Shown here: in pieces, positions 10,584 through 20,147 of the stretch
How positions within the stretch are numbered: position 1 is the first letter of the stretch
Layout: every line of letters begins with the position of its first letter
From: Alphaproteobacteria bacterium
GTDB lineage: Bacteria; Pseudomonadota; Alphaproteobacteria; Bin95
Direction: 5' to 3'
DNA length: 64,000 nucleotides
Assembly: GCA_963665325.3 (NCBI GenBank)
Contig: OZ224045.1
Coordinates: 384,001-448,000, forward strand
Translations under genes and position numbers: made by a program
The notes under the pieces: model-generated
Database searches by the model: none
The model's input: only the letters and a program-made list of their open reading frames with translations
What the model was told of the DNA's origin: nothing

Positions 10584-10793
10584 ATGTCCAGCCCGACGGA
10601 AGCCGACGCAATAGTCGCAAGGCTGGCAGCGTTGCGTTCCGAACATTCAGACCTCGACTACGCCATCGCCGCGCTTACCGAGAAAGCCCCTTTCGACCAG
10701 GTGCAGGTACAGCGCCTCAAGAAGCGAAAGTTGTGGTTGCGGGATATGATCGCAAGGCTGGAGGCGCAGGGTCATCCGGATCTGATCGCCTGA
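10584..10793 (+). CDS. DUF465/YdcH-family small protein
   Basis: EHSDLDYAI...QRLKKRKLWLRDMI...PDLIA; usual position upstream of purE. Confidence 0.85.
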   Translation: MSSPTEADAIVARLAALRSEHSDLDYAIAALTEKAPFDQVQVQRLKKRKLWLRDMIARLEAQGHPDLIA

Positions 10794-10853
10794 ACGATTT
10801 TCCTTGTGCCGGCCCATCGCCGGTGGACCTCAAACAGCAAGAGGATCGAGATC

Positions 10854-11342
10854 ATGGGCGAGGCCGCCGTTCGCATCGGTATCGTCATGGGCAGCCAGTC
10901 GGACTGGGCGGTAATGCAGCGGTCCGCAGAGACGCTGGACGCGCTCGACGTACCCCATGAAGCGCGCATAGTGTCCGCGCACAGAACGCCCGACCGTCTC
11001 TACAGCTATGCCCGCTGGGCCCGCGACCGGGGCCTGATGGCCGTGATTGCAGGCGCCGGAGGCGCCGCGCACCTGCCCGGCATGGTGGCCTCCATGACAG
11101 TCCTGCCTGTCTTCGGCGTACCGATACCGAGCCGGGCGCTTTCCGGCCTCGACAGCCTGCTGTCCATCGTGCAGATGCCGGCCGGAGTGCCGGTCGGCAC
11201 GCTGGCGATCGGCGAAGCCGGCGCGGTGAATGCGGCACTACTTGCCGCAAGCGTCGTCGCGCTTTCCGATCCCGCCCTTGCGGAAAGGATTCAGGCCTGG
11301 CGGGACCGGCAGACCGCTGCGGTAGCCGAAATTCCCCAATGA
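10854..11342 (+). CDS. purE: N5-CAIR mutase
   Basis: [33 protein letters not shown]. Confidence 0.97.
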   Translation: MGEAAVRIGIVMGSQSDWAVMQRSAETLDALDVPHEARIVSAHRTPDRLYSYARWARDRGLMAVIAGAGGAAHLPGMVASMTVLPVFGVPIPSRALSGLDSLLSIVQMPAGVPVGTLAIGEAGAVNAALLAASVVALSDPALAERIQAWRDRQTAAVAEIPQ

Positions 11343-12403
11343 ATTCGATCGCTCCGGGGGGAACCATCGGCATTTTCGGCGGCGGCCAGCTCGGGCGCAT
11401 GACGGCCCTGGCAGCCGCGCGCCTTGGCTACCGGTGTCATATCTTCTGCCCCGAGGCGGAGAGCCCGGCAGGCGAAGTCTCGGCCACAGCCACGGTTGCC
11501 GACTACGGCGATGCTGCTGCGCTCGATGCGTTCGCTGCATCCATAGACGTTGCGACTTTCGAGTTCGAGAATGTGCCTTACGAGGCCGTGGCCCGCGTGG
11601 CCGGGAAAGTGCCGGTGAGGCCCGGCTGGGAGGCCCTGCGGACCAGCCAGGACCGCGCCGTCGAAAAGCACTTCCTCAACGGTATTGGGCTCGCAACACC
11701 TTCCTGGACCGAAGTCCGGTCGGCCGCAGACCTGAGACGGGCGCCCTGCCCCGGCATCCTGAAGACTGCGAAGCTGGGTTATGACGGGAAGGGCCAATTG
11801 CGGCTCGATGAAGGCTTCGACGCCGAGGCGGCCTGGAGCGTATTCGGCGCCGAACGCGGCGTTGCTGAAGCTCTGGTCGATTTCTCAGTCGAGGTTTCCG
11901 CGATTGCGGCGCGGGGGCCGGATGGCTCTGTCGTGGTCTTCGACGTTGCACAGAACGAACACTGCGACGGCATTCTGAGGCGCACGACCGTCCCTGCGCC
12001 GGTTCCGACCTCCCTGGAAGCAGAGGCGCAGATGTGGGCGACACGGGCTGCGGAGGCGCTCGATCTGGTCGGGCTCCTGGCAGTCGAGTTCTTCGTAACC
12101 CGCGACGGCACGCTGCTGGCCAACGAAATCGCCCCCCGGCCGCATAATTCGGGCCACTGGACGCAGGACGCCTGCGCGGTCGATCAGTTCGAGCAGTTCG
12201 TCCGCGCTGTCACCGGCTTACCGCTCGCCGAGCCGGACCGGCACAGCGATGTCGAGATGGTCAACCTGCTCGGACCCGATGCTCACGCCTGGCCGGACTT
12301 GCTCGCCGAGCCGGGAGCCCGTCTCCATCTATACGGAAAACGCGAGGTCAGGCCCGGGCGCAAGATGGGTCATGTCAACCGCCTGTCACCGAAAACGCGG
12401 TGA
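11339..12403 (+). CDS. purK: N5-CAIR synthase
   Basis: [39 protein letters not shown]. Confidence 0.97.
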   Translation: MNSIAPGGTIGIFGGGQLGRMTALAAARLGYRCHIFCPEAESPAGEVSATATVADYGDAAALDAFAASIDVATFEFENVPYEAVARVAGKVPVRPGWEALRTSQDRAVEKHFLNGIGLATPSWTEVRSAADLRRAPCPGILKTAKLGYDGKGQLRLDEGFDAEAAWSVFGAERGVAEALVDFSVEVSAIAARGPDGSVVVFDVAQNEHCDGILRRTTVPAPVPTSLEAEAQMWATRAAEALDLVGLLAVEFFVTRDGTLLANEIAPRPHNSGHWTQDACAVDQFEQFVRAVTGLPLAEPDRHSDVEMVNLLGPDAHAWPDLLAEPGARLHLYGKREVRPGRKMGHVNRLSPKTR

Positions 12404-13027
12404 AAATGCGCGGAAGCGCGGCAACCGCTCGCGGCACCGCATCAATCTCGCGCGCGCCTTTCCGATGAATGCCACATCCTCAAGCCGGCGGTCGAGAAAT
12501 GCCCAGGCGGCCTCCTGCCCTTCCGACCGGTCGTTCAGCCAGACCTGCAGGACGGCCGCATAGATCCCCGCAAGCGTGGCGCGCTTGGTGTAGTAGCTGA
12601 AGTCCGTGCTCCGGTCGTTCGCCAGGAGCCATATCGCATCCACCGTGCGGTAAAGCGATCTCAACGCCACCGGCGCGTTATGGGGAAGCGACAATCGGGC
12701 TGCTGCGCGACGAATGGCTTCCCGATGCGGCGCGTTTCGTTCCAGCCGCACGCGAATCGCAGCTCGGACGATTGCCGCCGCACCTGCCGGAGCAGGGTTG
12801 AGCGCCGAAACCTCCTCGATCATGTGTCGGTCGGCAAGCGCCATATGCACATCGATTGCCTCCATCGGTCCGCGAGGGAAAAGCACTTGTGCCTCTCCTT
12901 CATCCAGACCGGCGGCCGTTGCGCCGGCGCGGAGCGCAGCCATGGTCCATCCGTCGAAGGCGATATGAGGCAGCGCCGCCTCCACGACGCGTTCGCGCAA
13001 CAGCTCCCTGCTCTCCTGTTCAACCAC
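12386..13027 (-). CDS. COQ9-family protein (divergent from rpsU)
   Basis: PHIAFDGW, FPRG, DAIW...DRSTDFSYYTKRATL, FLDRRL; divergent from rpsU. Confidence 0.9.
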   Translation of the reverse strand: MVEQESRELLRERVVEAALPHIAFDGWTMAALRAGATAAGLDEGEAQVLFPRGPMEAIDVHMALADRHMIEEVSALNPAPAGAAAIVRAAIRVRLERNAPHREAIRRAAARLSLPHNAPVALRSLYRTVDAIWLLANDRSTDFSYYTKRATLAGIYAAVLQVWLNDRSEGQEAAWAFLDRRLEDVAFIGKARARLMRCRERLPRFRAFSPRFR

Positions 13028-13144
13028 GATGCACCTGCCTCTACGGCGGGCGAATGGCCTATGCCGATCCGCCCTTCTGCATTGCCGACCTCCGTGCTAT
13101 AAACGCGCCCCTCGCAGCGACCGTCAGAGGAGCACCGAGCACCC

Positions 13145-13348
13145 GTGCATGTTACCGTCCGCGACAACAATGTCGATCAAGCGCTCAGGGCGCTGAAAAA
13201 GAAAATGCAGCGCGAAGGCATCTTTCGTGAAATGAAGCTGCGCCGTTCTTATGAGAAGCCCTCCGAGAAACGCGCGCGAGAGCAGGCCGAGGCCGTCCGC
13301 CGCCATCGCAAACTGATGCGCAAGCGTTTGGAGCGCGAAGGATACTAG
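13145..13348 (+). CDS. rpsU: 30S ribosomal protein S21
   Basis: [27 protein letters not shown]...YEKPSE. Confidence 0.97.
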   Translation: MHVTVRDNNVDQALRALKKKMQREGIFREMKLRRSYEKPSEKRAREQAEAVRRHRKLMRKRLEREGY

Positions 13349-13355
13349 CTCCACA

Positions 13356-14981
13356 ATGAATGCCTATGACCGCGGCCTCGACCGACGGGCAGCAAACTAC
13401 GAACCGCTGACGCCACTTTCATTCCTGCAACGCACCGCCTGGGTTTTTCCGGAGCACCCTTCGGTCGTGCATGGAAAACGCCGGTTCACCTGGAAAGAGA
13501 CGCGCCAACGCTGCCATATGCTTGCGGATGCGCTTGCCCGGCGCGGCATAGGCAAGGGCGACACCGTGGCCGTCATGGCTGCGAACACGCCGGAGATGCT
13601 GGAGTGCCATTTCGGTGTGCCGATGACGGGCGCCGTGCTGAACACGCTGAATATCCGCCTCGACGCCGCGTCCATCGCCTTCATGCTGAAGCATGGCGAG
13701 GCGAAGGCCATTCTGGTTGATCGGGAATTTTCGGACACCATCCGTCAGGCGCTTGCCAGCCTCGGGCGGGATATCCTGACGGTCGATATCGACGACCCGG
13801 AATATGACGGACCGGGAGACCGGATCGGCAGCCTCGACTACGAGGCGCTGTTGGCCGAGGGGAATGCGGCTTTCGCATACTCTCCGCCGACGGACGAGTG
13901 GGATGCCATTTCGCTCAACTATACGTCCGGAACCACAGGCAACCCCAAAGGGGTGGTCTATCACCATCGCGGCGCCTGGCTGACCGCGACCGGAAACACG
14001 ATGGCGTGGCAGATGCAACTCCATCCGGTTTATCTCTGGACGCTGCCGATGTTCCACTGCAACGGCTGGTGCTTCCCCTGGACGATAACCGCGCAGGCCG
14101 GCACGCATGTGTGCCTGCGCCGGGTTGAGGCCGGACGGATTTTCGGCGCGATTGCGGACGAACGCGTGTCGCATTTCTGCGGCGCTCCGATCGTGCTCAA
14201 CATGCTGCTGCACGCGCCGGAGGAGGAGCGCCGGAGCTTCGCCCGCCGCGTCCAGGTAATGACCGCGGCCGCCCCGCCGCCGCCCTCGACGCTGGAGGGC
14301 ATGGAGGCAATGGGCTTCGACATCACCCACACCTACGGTCTGACGGAATGCTACGGCCCGGCCGTGGTCTCGGCCTGGAACACGGATTGGGACGCTTTGC
14401 CCGGCGCCGACCGCGCGGCGATGAAGGCGCGGCAGGGCGTTCGCTACCCGGTGCTCGAAGGCCTGACTGTGATGGACCCCGAAACGATGGCCGAAACGCC
14501 CCGCGACGGCGAGACCATCGGCGAGGTCATGATGCGCGGCAATGTCGTGATGAAGGGGTACCTGAAGAACGAGACCGCCAGCGATGAGGCATTTGCCGGC
14601 GGCTGGTTCCATACCGGCGATCTCGGCGTCATGCACGAGGACGGCTATATCGCGCTGAAGGACCGTTCGAAGGACATCATCATTTCCGGCGGGGAGAACA
14701 TCTCGTCCGTCGAGGTGGAACAGGTTCTGTACCGGCATCCGGCGGTGCTCGAAGCCGCGGTCGTAGCGAAGCCCGACGATAAATGGGGCGAAACTCCCTG
14801 CGCTTTCGTCGAAACCCTTTCGGGTGCAGAACCGACGGAAGCGGAGGTCATCGCCTTCTGCCGGGACAATATGGCCCGTTTCAAGGCGCCGCGCCGCGTC
14901 GTCTTCGGCCCCCTGCCCAAGACCTCCACCGGCAAGGTGCAGAAGTTCGTGCTCCGCGAACAGGCGCGCGATCTGGAGTGA
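13356..14981 (+). CDS. Acyl-CoA synthetase (AMP-forming, DmdB-like family)
   Basis: YTSGTTGNPKGV, PMFHCNGW, YGLTE, WFHTGD, DRSKDIIISGGENI, PKTSTGK. Confidence 0.9.
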   Translation: MNAYDRGLDRRAANYEPLTPLSFLQRTAWVFPEHPSVVHGKRRFTWKETRQRCHMLADALARRGIGKGDTVAVMAANTPEMLECHFGVPMTGAVLNTLNIRLDAASIAFMLKHGEAKAILVDREFSDTIRQALASLGRDILTVDIDDPEYDGPGDRIGSLDYEALLAEGNAAFAYSPPTDEWDAISLNYTSGTTGNPKGVVYHHRGAWLTATGNTMAWQMQLHPVYLWTLPMFHCNGWCFPWTITAQAGTHVCLRRVEAGRIFGAIADERVSHFCGAPIVLNMLLHAPEEERRSFARRVQVMTAAAPPPPSTLEGMEAMGFDITHTYGLTECYGPAVVSAWNTDWDALPGADRAAMKARQGVRYPVLEGLTVMDPETMAETPRDGETIGEVMMRGNVVMKGYLKNETASDEAFAGGWFHTGDLGVMHEDGYIALKDRSKDIIISGGENISSVEVEQVLYRHPAVLEAAVVAKPDDKWGETPCAFVETLSGAEPTEAEVIAFCRDNMARFKAPRRVVFGPLPKTSTGKVQKFVLREQARDLE

Positions 14982-15129
14982 GGCCGGGAAACCGGCTGGC
15001 CCCGAATTGCGCATCTGCGAGTTCGCTCGCGAACCCTCCGGCGGCGGCCCGTTTCCCGCTCCGACGCGCCAGAGCGGAGTCCTTCTCAGGCCGGACCGAC
15101 TCCGTCACCGTCGCCTTGGACTGCCGAAT

Positions 15130-15183
15130 ATTCATTTTTTGTTCCTAATTTTCTTGACTTTGAGGAAAATAGACTGATATAGG
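15130..15183 (+). promoter_or_regulatory. Sigma70-like promoter preceded by a LexA-box-like site
   Basis: TTGACT 15154-15159, 18-nt spacer, TATAGG 15178-15183 (preceded by TGn). ATTC-N7-GTTC at 15130-15144. Confidence 0.5.
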
Positions 15184-15399
15184 ACCCAGAGAAGCGGTGT
15201 CCGGAGCCGCTTCTCTGGCGTCGCGCGGCCGGCGGCGCCATTTTCGAAAAAACCCTGAGAAACCGACGGGAGAGGTGTGCCCTCCGCCTCGCGCGCGCAA
15301 TCAGGCGTGCGAACCGCGCCGGCGCCAACGGGCGCCCCCGCCCGCGCGCGATAGCGCGCGGCAAAGGGTCCGCTGCTCCCGATCGGACAAGGAGAGCCG

Positions 15400-15873
15400 A
15401 TGACCGCAACCGACCCCCGCCCCGCACTGGCGGCGATGCTGGCCGCAAGGCTGATGCCGGCCGCCGATGCCCTCGCCGCAGGCTATACCCGGGACGCCAA
15501 CCCGGAGCCGCCGCCCTCGGACGACCGCGCCCGCGCCGAATGTGCCGACGCGCCGGGCGCGCCCAGCTCGCCCATCTGCGCCAGCTCCTCGCTCCGCTCG
15601 ACTGGAGCGCCGCGCACATGCCCGAGCCGGAACCGGAACCGTGGGAGTCGCCGCCCCCGGCGGTGCCGGACTACGACGGCAGCGAAGACGAGTTCCACTA
15701 TTTCGGCGAGGCCTGGGTCGGCAGCCAGGACACACCCGAATTCGGGGCATGGCGCGAACGGCAGAACCGCCGTACGGAAGCCAATATCGCCCGCTGCCTC
15801 GACAGCGCCGGAAGCGCGGGCCCCGACGGGGCGGCAAGCCATGACCGCAACCCCGCCGCATGACAAAACATGA
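15400..15873 (+). pseudogene. Cargo ORF of element copy A; probably frameshifted near 15540
   Basis: AAGGAG RBS before ATG 15400. Protein-like sequence continues in the frame of ORF 15540-15863 (AQLAHLRQLLAPLDW...DEFHYFGEAW). Confidence 0.5.
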
Positions 15874-15946
15874 CATTCCATGACACCGGGGGTGTGTGGA
15901 AGGAACCCGGTCCCGGGCTCGCCGGTGCGGGCCGCGCAGGACAGCG

Positions 15947-16762
15947 TTATTCCGGGCGTTCCCCCCGCAACGCTCGGGCGAGAGCGCAAAAGTCATCGAC
16001 TGTCAGTTCCTCGGGGCGCAGCGTGTCGTCGAGCCCTGCGCGGGCGGGGAGATCGCCGAGCGTGCGGCGGAGCATCTTTCGCCGCCCCCCGAAAGCGCGG
16101 GCCGTAATTTGTTCCAGATCGGACACGATCGCCGGCACCGGCGCCGAACGTGGCGTCAGTGCGACGACGCTGGAGGCGACTTTCGGCGCCGGGGTGAAGG
16201 CGCCGGGAGGTAGGTCGAAACAGCGGCGGACCTCGGCGCGCCATTGCACGAGAATCGAAAGCCGGCCTCGAGCCTTGCTGCCCGGCGGGGCCGCCAGACG
16301 GTCCGCAACCTCCTTCTGGAACATGAGGGTCATGGACTCGATCCCGGCCGACCGGCGCAGCCAGCCGACCAACAGCGGAGTGGCAACATTGTACGGCAGA
16401 TTGGCGATGAGCTTGATCGGCGCGGGGCCGAGCGCAGCTACGTCCACATCAAGCGCATCCGCGGCCATGACCCGAAGCCGCCCGCCGCTTGCCGCAGCGA
16501 GCTCCGCCAGCGCTTCGACGCAGCGGGCATCGCGCTCGACCGCAACAATTCGCTCCGCCCCGGCCTGCAGCAGCGCGCGCGTGAGACCGCCGGGGCCTGG
16601 ACCGATCTCGACGGCCGTTCGCCCCTCCAGAGAGCCCGCCGCGCGGGCGATGCGTTCTGCGATGCCGGGATCGAGCAGGAAATGCTGACCGAGCCCGCGC
16701 CGGGCGCCCAGCCCGTAGCGGCGGATCAGGTCCTGCGGGCGCGGCAGGTTGCCGTCAGACAC
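15947..16762 (-). CDS. rsmA: 16S rRNA adenine dimethyltransferase
   Basis: GLGQHFL, EIGPGPGGLT, ANLPYNV, MFQKEVA, FTPAPKV. Confidence 0.95.
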   Translation of the reverse strand: MSDGNLPRPQDLIRRYGLGARRGLGQHFLLDPGIAERIARAAGSLEGRTAVEIGPGPGGLTRALLQAGAERIVAVERDARCVEALAELAAASGGRLRVMAADALDVDVAALGPAPIKLIANLPYNVATPLLVGWLRRSAGIESMTLMFQKEVADRLAAPPGSKARGRLSILVQWRAEVRRCFDLPPGAFTPAPKVASSVVALTPRSAPVPAIVSDLEQITARAFGGRRKMLRRTLGDLPARAGLDDTLRPEELTVDDFCALARALRGERPE

Positions 16763-17738
16763 CTTGCCGGCGCTCTGCCATCGCATGGGCGAGTTTCAGG
16801 GCGGCAACCAGGCTGCCGGGCCGTGCGCAGCCGGTGCCGGCGATGTCGAGCGCGGTTCCATGGTCCGGCGATGTCCGCACGATCGGCAGGCCGAGTGTGA
16901 CATTCACCGCGTTGTGGAAATCCAGCATCTTCACCGGGATCAGTGCCTGGTCGTGATAGGCGCAGAGCACCGCATCGTACCGGGCCCGGGCTTCGGCGTG
17001 GAAGAGCGTGTCCGCCGGCAGCGGTCCGCGTATGTCGAGCCCTTCCCGCTTCAGCCGCGCCGCTGCCGGAGCCATGACCGCGCCGTCTTCCGCGCCGAGC
17101 GTCCCGCCCTCCCCGGCATGGGGGTTCAGGCCGGCCAGCACCAGGCGCGGCGCAGCGATGCCGAAATCGGCCCGCAGAGCATCGGCAACAATTCGCGCCG
17201 TTTCCTCGATCAAGGCTCCAGTCAGCCGGCCGGAAACCTCCGAGAGCGGAATATGCACAGTCAGAGGGACCGCCCGGAGGCCCTCGCCAACCAACATCAT
17301 GACCGAACGGCGCGCACCGGTAAGCTCCGCAAGGAACTCGGTATGGCCCGGATGGGCGAAACCGGCACTTGTCAGGCTTTCTTTCTGGATGGGAAGCGTG
17401 ACGACCGCAGAAGCGGCGCCGGAACCGACGGCCGCCACGGCTCGTTCGATGGAAGCGATGACCGCGGGAGCATGCTCAGGGTCGGCCGTTCCGGGTTCGA
17501 CCGGCGCCGTCAAGGGCAGCGGCAACACCGGCAGGGCGTCGGGAAATATCCGCACGGCATCGTCAGGCCGCTCGATCCGGCGGACGGGCGCAGCCGGGTC
17601 GATCCGCGCCAGCCAGTCGGCATCGCCGACCAGGAAAAACGCCGGCACGCCGGGTGTAGTCCAAGCCTTCAGGGCAAGTTCCCCGCCGACGCCGCCCGGT
17701 TCACCCATGGTCAGCGCGAGCGGCCGCGAGGAGGTCAT
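16755..17738 (-). CDS. pdxA: 4-hydroxythreonine-4-phosphate dehydrogenase
   Basis: TMGEPGGVG, GHTEFLA, GLNPHAGE, YHDQALIP, RTSPDHGTA. Confidence 0.96.
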   Translation of the reverse strand: MTSSRPLALTMGEPGGVGGELALKAWTTPGVPAFFLVGDADWLARIDPAAPVRRIERPDDAVRIFPDALPVLPLPLTAPVEPGTADPEHAPAVIASIERAVAAVGSGAASAVVTLPIQKESLTSAGFAHPGHTEFLAELTGARRSVMMLVGEGLRAVPLTVHIPLSEVSGRLTGALIEETARIVADALRADFGIAAPRLVLAGLNPHAGEGGTLGAEDGAVMAPAAARLKREGLDIRGPLPADTLFHAEARARYDAVLCAYHDQALIPVKMLDFHNAVNVTLGLPIVRTSPDHGTALDIAGTGCARPGSLVAALKLAHAMAERRQGV

Positions 17739-18997
17739 TTGCGGCGGAATATCAATGCTGTGCGGCGCAGATCCTGCAAATATCGGTCCGCGCGTCGATT
17801 AATCCGCTCCACACGCAACTGCCGCGCGATCGCCTCCCGTTCTCTGGTGTCTTCCGGCGTCCTGATGCGCTCGCACACCATCAACACTAGGAAACCGCCT
17901 TCCCAAGGTATCGGGCTGCTCGCGACGTCCGGCTCCAGGCTCGATACCTCCCTTTGCAACTGCTCGGGCAGGTTACCGAGCTTGACCCGACCGGCGTCCA
18001 CCGGCTCCTCGATCCCGGCTTCCGTGGCGGCACGCTCCATGTCGGTGCAACCGGCGACCGTACTGCCGACCGCGGCCGCCCGCTCGCGGAGCGTTTCCGA
18101 CTGTGCAGGCGCGGCACCGTCCGGCGCCGTGAAATGGAGGCGCTTAAGTGCGAATTCAGCTTCCTCCGCGACGAAACCTTCGACAACCCTCCGCTCACGC
18201 AACAAAAGGATATAAAACCCGTTTTCAAGGCGAACCGGCAGAGAAAAACTATTTGGCGCCAGCGAGTCCAATGCCGCCTCCAGCCGGGAATCGAGCTGCC
18301 CGGCACGCACGCGCCCCAGATCGCCGCCAATGGCAGCAGAAGAGGATTGCGAAAACTGCCGGGCCAAACCTTCGAAGGAGGCGCCGGAGCGCAATTGCGC
18401 CACGATCCCGTCCGCGACTGCGCGAACTTCCCCTTCGCTCGCCGGGTCGTTCATTGCCAGGAAGATCTCCGAGACGACATATTCGCTCGAGCCGACGGCG
18501 GCGCGGCGTTCCGCCAGACGTGCTTCGACCTCGTCGATGCCGACTTCGACGCGCGGCGCGACCCGCCTAGCCAACAACTTGTTCCAGGCGGCCTCCACTC
18601 GCAAATGTTCCTTCAGCGCCTCGATATCGAGCCTATTGCTGCGGAAAAACCGGTCCAAACCGCCCGGTTGCAGATTGTTGCGCTTCTCTATGTCCGCGAT
18701 CTGCTCTGCAATCTCGTGTCCGCTCACATTGATTCCGAACCGCCTCGCTTCCTGGCTTTGCAGTCGTTCATCCATAAGTGTGCGCAGGATTTGCGACCCG
18801 AGCCGCTGGCGGATCTCCGGTGTGTCCTCGACATTCGAAGACGACAACGCAATGCCAAGCCGGGCAATAACGTCGTACCGAGTGATAATGTCATCGTTGA
18901 CGACGGCCACGATCCGGCCTGCCTGCTGAGCTTGGGCTACGCCGCAAGCAGCCAGGCCGCACAAGATGAAAATAAACCGCAGGCATGCGCAACGCAT
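17735..18997 (-). CDS. surA: SurA-family periplasmic chaperone/PPIase
   Basis: Signal peptide, IVAVVNDDIIT, parvulin motif FEGLARQFS...GGDLG; upstream of pdxA. Confidence 0.9.
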   Translation of the reverse strand: MRCACLRFIFILCGLAACGVAQAQQAGRIVAVVNDDIITRYDVIARLGIALSSSNVEDTPEIRQRLGSQILRTLMDERLQSQEARRFGINVSGHEIAEQIADIEKRNNLQPGGLDRFFRSNRLDIEALKEHLRVEAAWNKLLARRVAPRVEVGIDEVEARLAERRAAVGSSEYVVSEIFLAMNDPASEGEVRAVADGIVAQLRSGASFEGLARQFSQSSSAAIGGDLGRVRAGQLDSRLEAALDSLAPNSFSLPVRLENGFYILLLRERRVVEGFVAEEAEFALKRLHFTAPDGAAPAQSETLRERAAAVGSTVAGCTDMERAATEAGIEEPVDAGRVKLGNLPEQLQREVSSLEPDVASSPIPWEGGFLVLMVCERIRTPEDTREREAIARQLRVERINRRADRYLQDLRRTALIFRRK

Positions 18998-19039
18998 CTT
19001 CGCCGTTCCCGTCTGGTCTTGGCTCCCGCAGTTATGCCG

Positions 19040-20131
19040 TCAGCCGTCCTCCAGATGCAAGAGCGCGGCACATCCGAGCATCACCGCAGCGGCTGCCGGT
19101 GTCCAGGCGGCCAACACGACCGGCGCCCTTCCCGAAAGGCCGAGCGCGAAAACGACGTCCGACAGGATGAAGAGCAGGAAGCCGGCCCCGACCCCGGCGG
19201 CAAGCATCGCCGCTGCGCCGCCGCGCCGCCGCGAGCGGATCGAAACTGTTGCCCCGATCAGGAGCATCGCTGCCGTCAAGACGACAGATGCCAGCAAGGC
19301 ATGCAGCCGAAGCCGGTGCTTTCGCGCCGGGAATCCCGCTTCTTCCAGCGATTCGATGTACCCAGGCAATCTCCAGACCGACATCGTGGCCGGGCCCGCC
19401 AGGCCGTCTTCGATACGTTCCCAGCTGAGCGTCGTAGGGACAGTCGCGGCACGGCGACGGACCGGGGAGTCTCTCGAATCGGCATCCCAAACGCCCTCAA
19501 GGGACCAGTGCCCTTGGCGCAGCTCCGCCGAATTCGCGTCGAGGCGATTTTGAAAGCTTTGCATGCCCTCGAAACGATAAAGCACCACGTCGTACAATAC
19601 GCGATCCGGTCCGACCCGGTCCGCGAACAGGATCGTCAAGTTGCCGTCGACAACTTCTCGCAGCCACAACCCCGATTGGGAAATCGACGATACCGGAGCC
19701 GCGTTCCCGAAATACTGCGCTTCCAGCCGTTCGAAACGGTCTTGCGCCGCAGCAGCAATCGGGCCGTAAAGCATCACTTTGCCCAAACCAAGCAGGAACG
19801 CAATCGCCAGCGCAGGCAGCAAAACCCGCCAGACCGAGACGCCGGCCCCGTGCGCTGCTGTCAGTTCGTTGTGCCGCGCCAGCCGATCGAAAGCGAACAG
19901 ACTGCCGAAAAGCACCGCGAAAGGCAGCATGAGTTCCAGCATTGCCGGCAATTTGAGCATCGCCATTTCCAGCACGATGCTGAATGTCGCGGCCTCCCGC
20001 GTACCGGAACGGCGCAACAGTTCGATCATTCCGACCAGCCATATAATCGCCGCCAACACGAGCAGGACGATGCATACCCAGAGAAGAAACCGCCTGGCCA
20101 AATACCGAAAAAGCACCCCGAACTGCTTCAT
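19040..20131 (-). CDS. lptG: LPS export ABC transporter permease LptG
   Basis: YjgP/YjgQ-type topology, LPFAVLFG, NEL...GVSVWR, GLWLRE. Confidence 0.85.
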   Translation of the reverse strand: MKQFGVLFRYLARRFLLWVCIVLLVLAAIIWLVGMIELLRRSGTREAATFSIVLEMAMLKLPAMLELMLPFAVLFGSLFAFDRLARHNELTAAHGAGVSVWRVLLPALAIAFLLGLGKVMLYGPIAAAAQDRFERLEAQYFGNAAPVSSISQSGLWLREVVDGNLTILFADRVGPDRVLYDVVLYRFEGMQSFQNRLDANSAELRQGHWSLEGVWDADSRDSPVRRRAATVPTTLSWERIEDGLAGPATMSVWRLPGYIESLEEAGFPARKHRLRLHALLASVVLTAAMLLIGATVSIRSRRRGGAAAMLAAGVGAGFLLFILSDVVFALGLSGRAPVVLAAWTPAAAAVMLGCAALLHLEDG

Positions 20132-20147
20132 TCGGCGCTTCCCCGTT

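Larger units (their letters stand above)
15130..15885 (+). repeat. Dispersed composite element, copy A (promoter, hairpin, conserved core, short ORF, CATGACA array)
   Basis: Core 15265-15371 aligns by eye to 28070-28175 (reverse strand) with about 15 differences in ~107 nt; module order is the same in both copies. Confidence 0.85.

Noticed and set aside
15086-15996. Minus-strand ORFs over element copy A and ORF 28006-28443 over copy B
   Set aside because: Arg/Ala-rich readings antisense to the promoter and RBS; the shared core is read in different frames in the two copies, so conservation is at nucleotide level.
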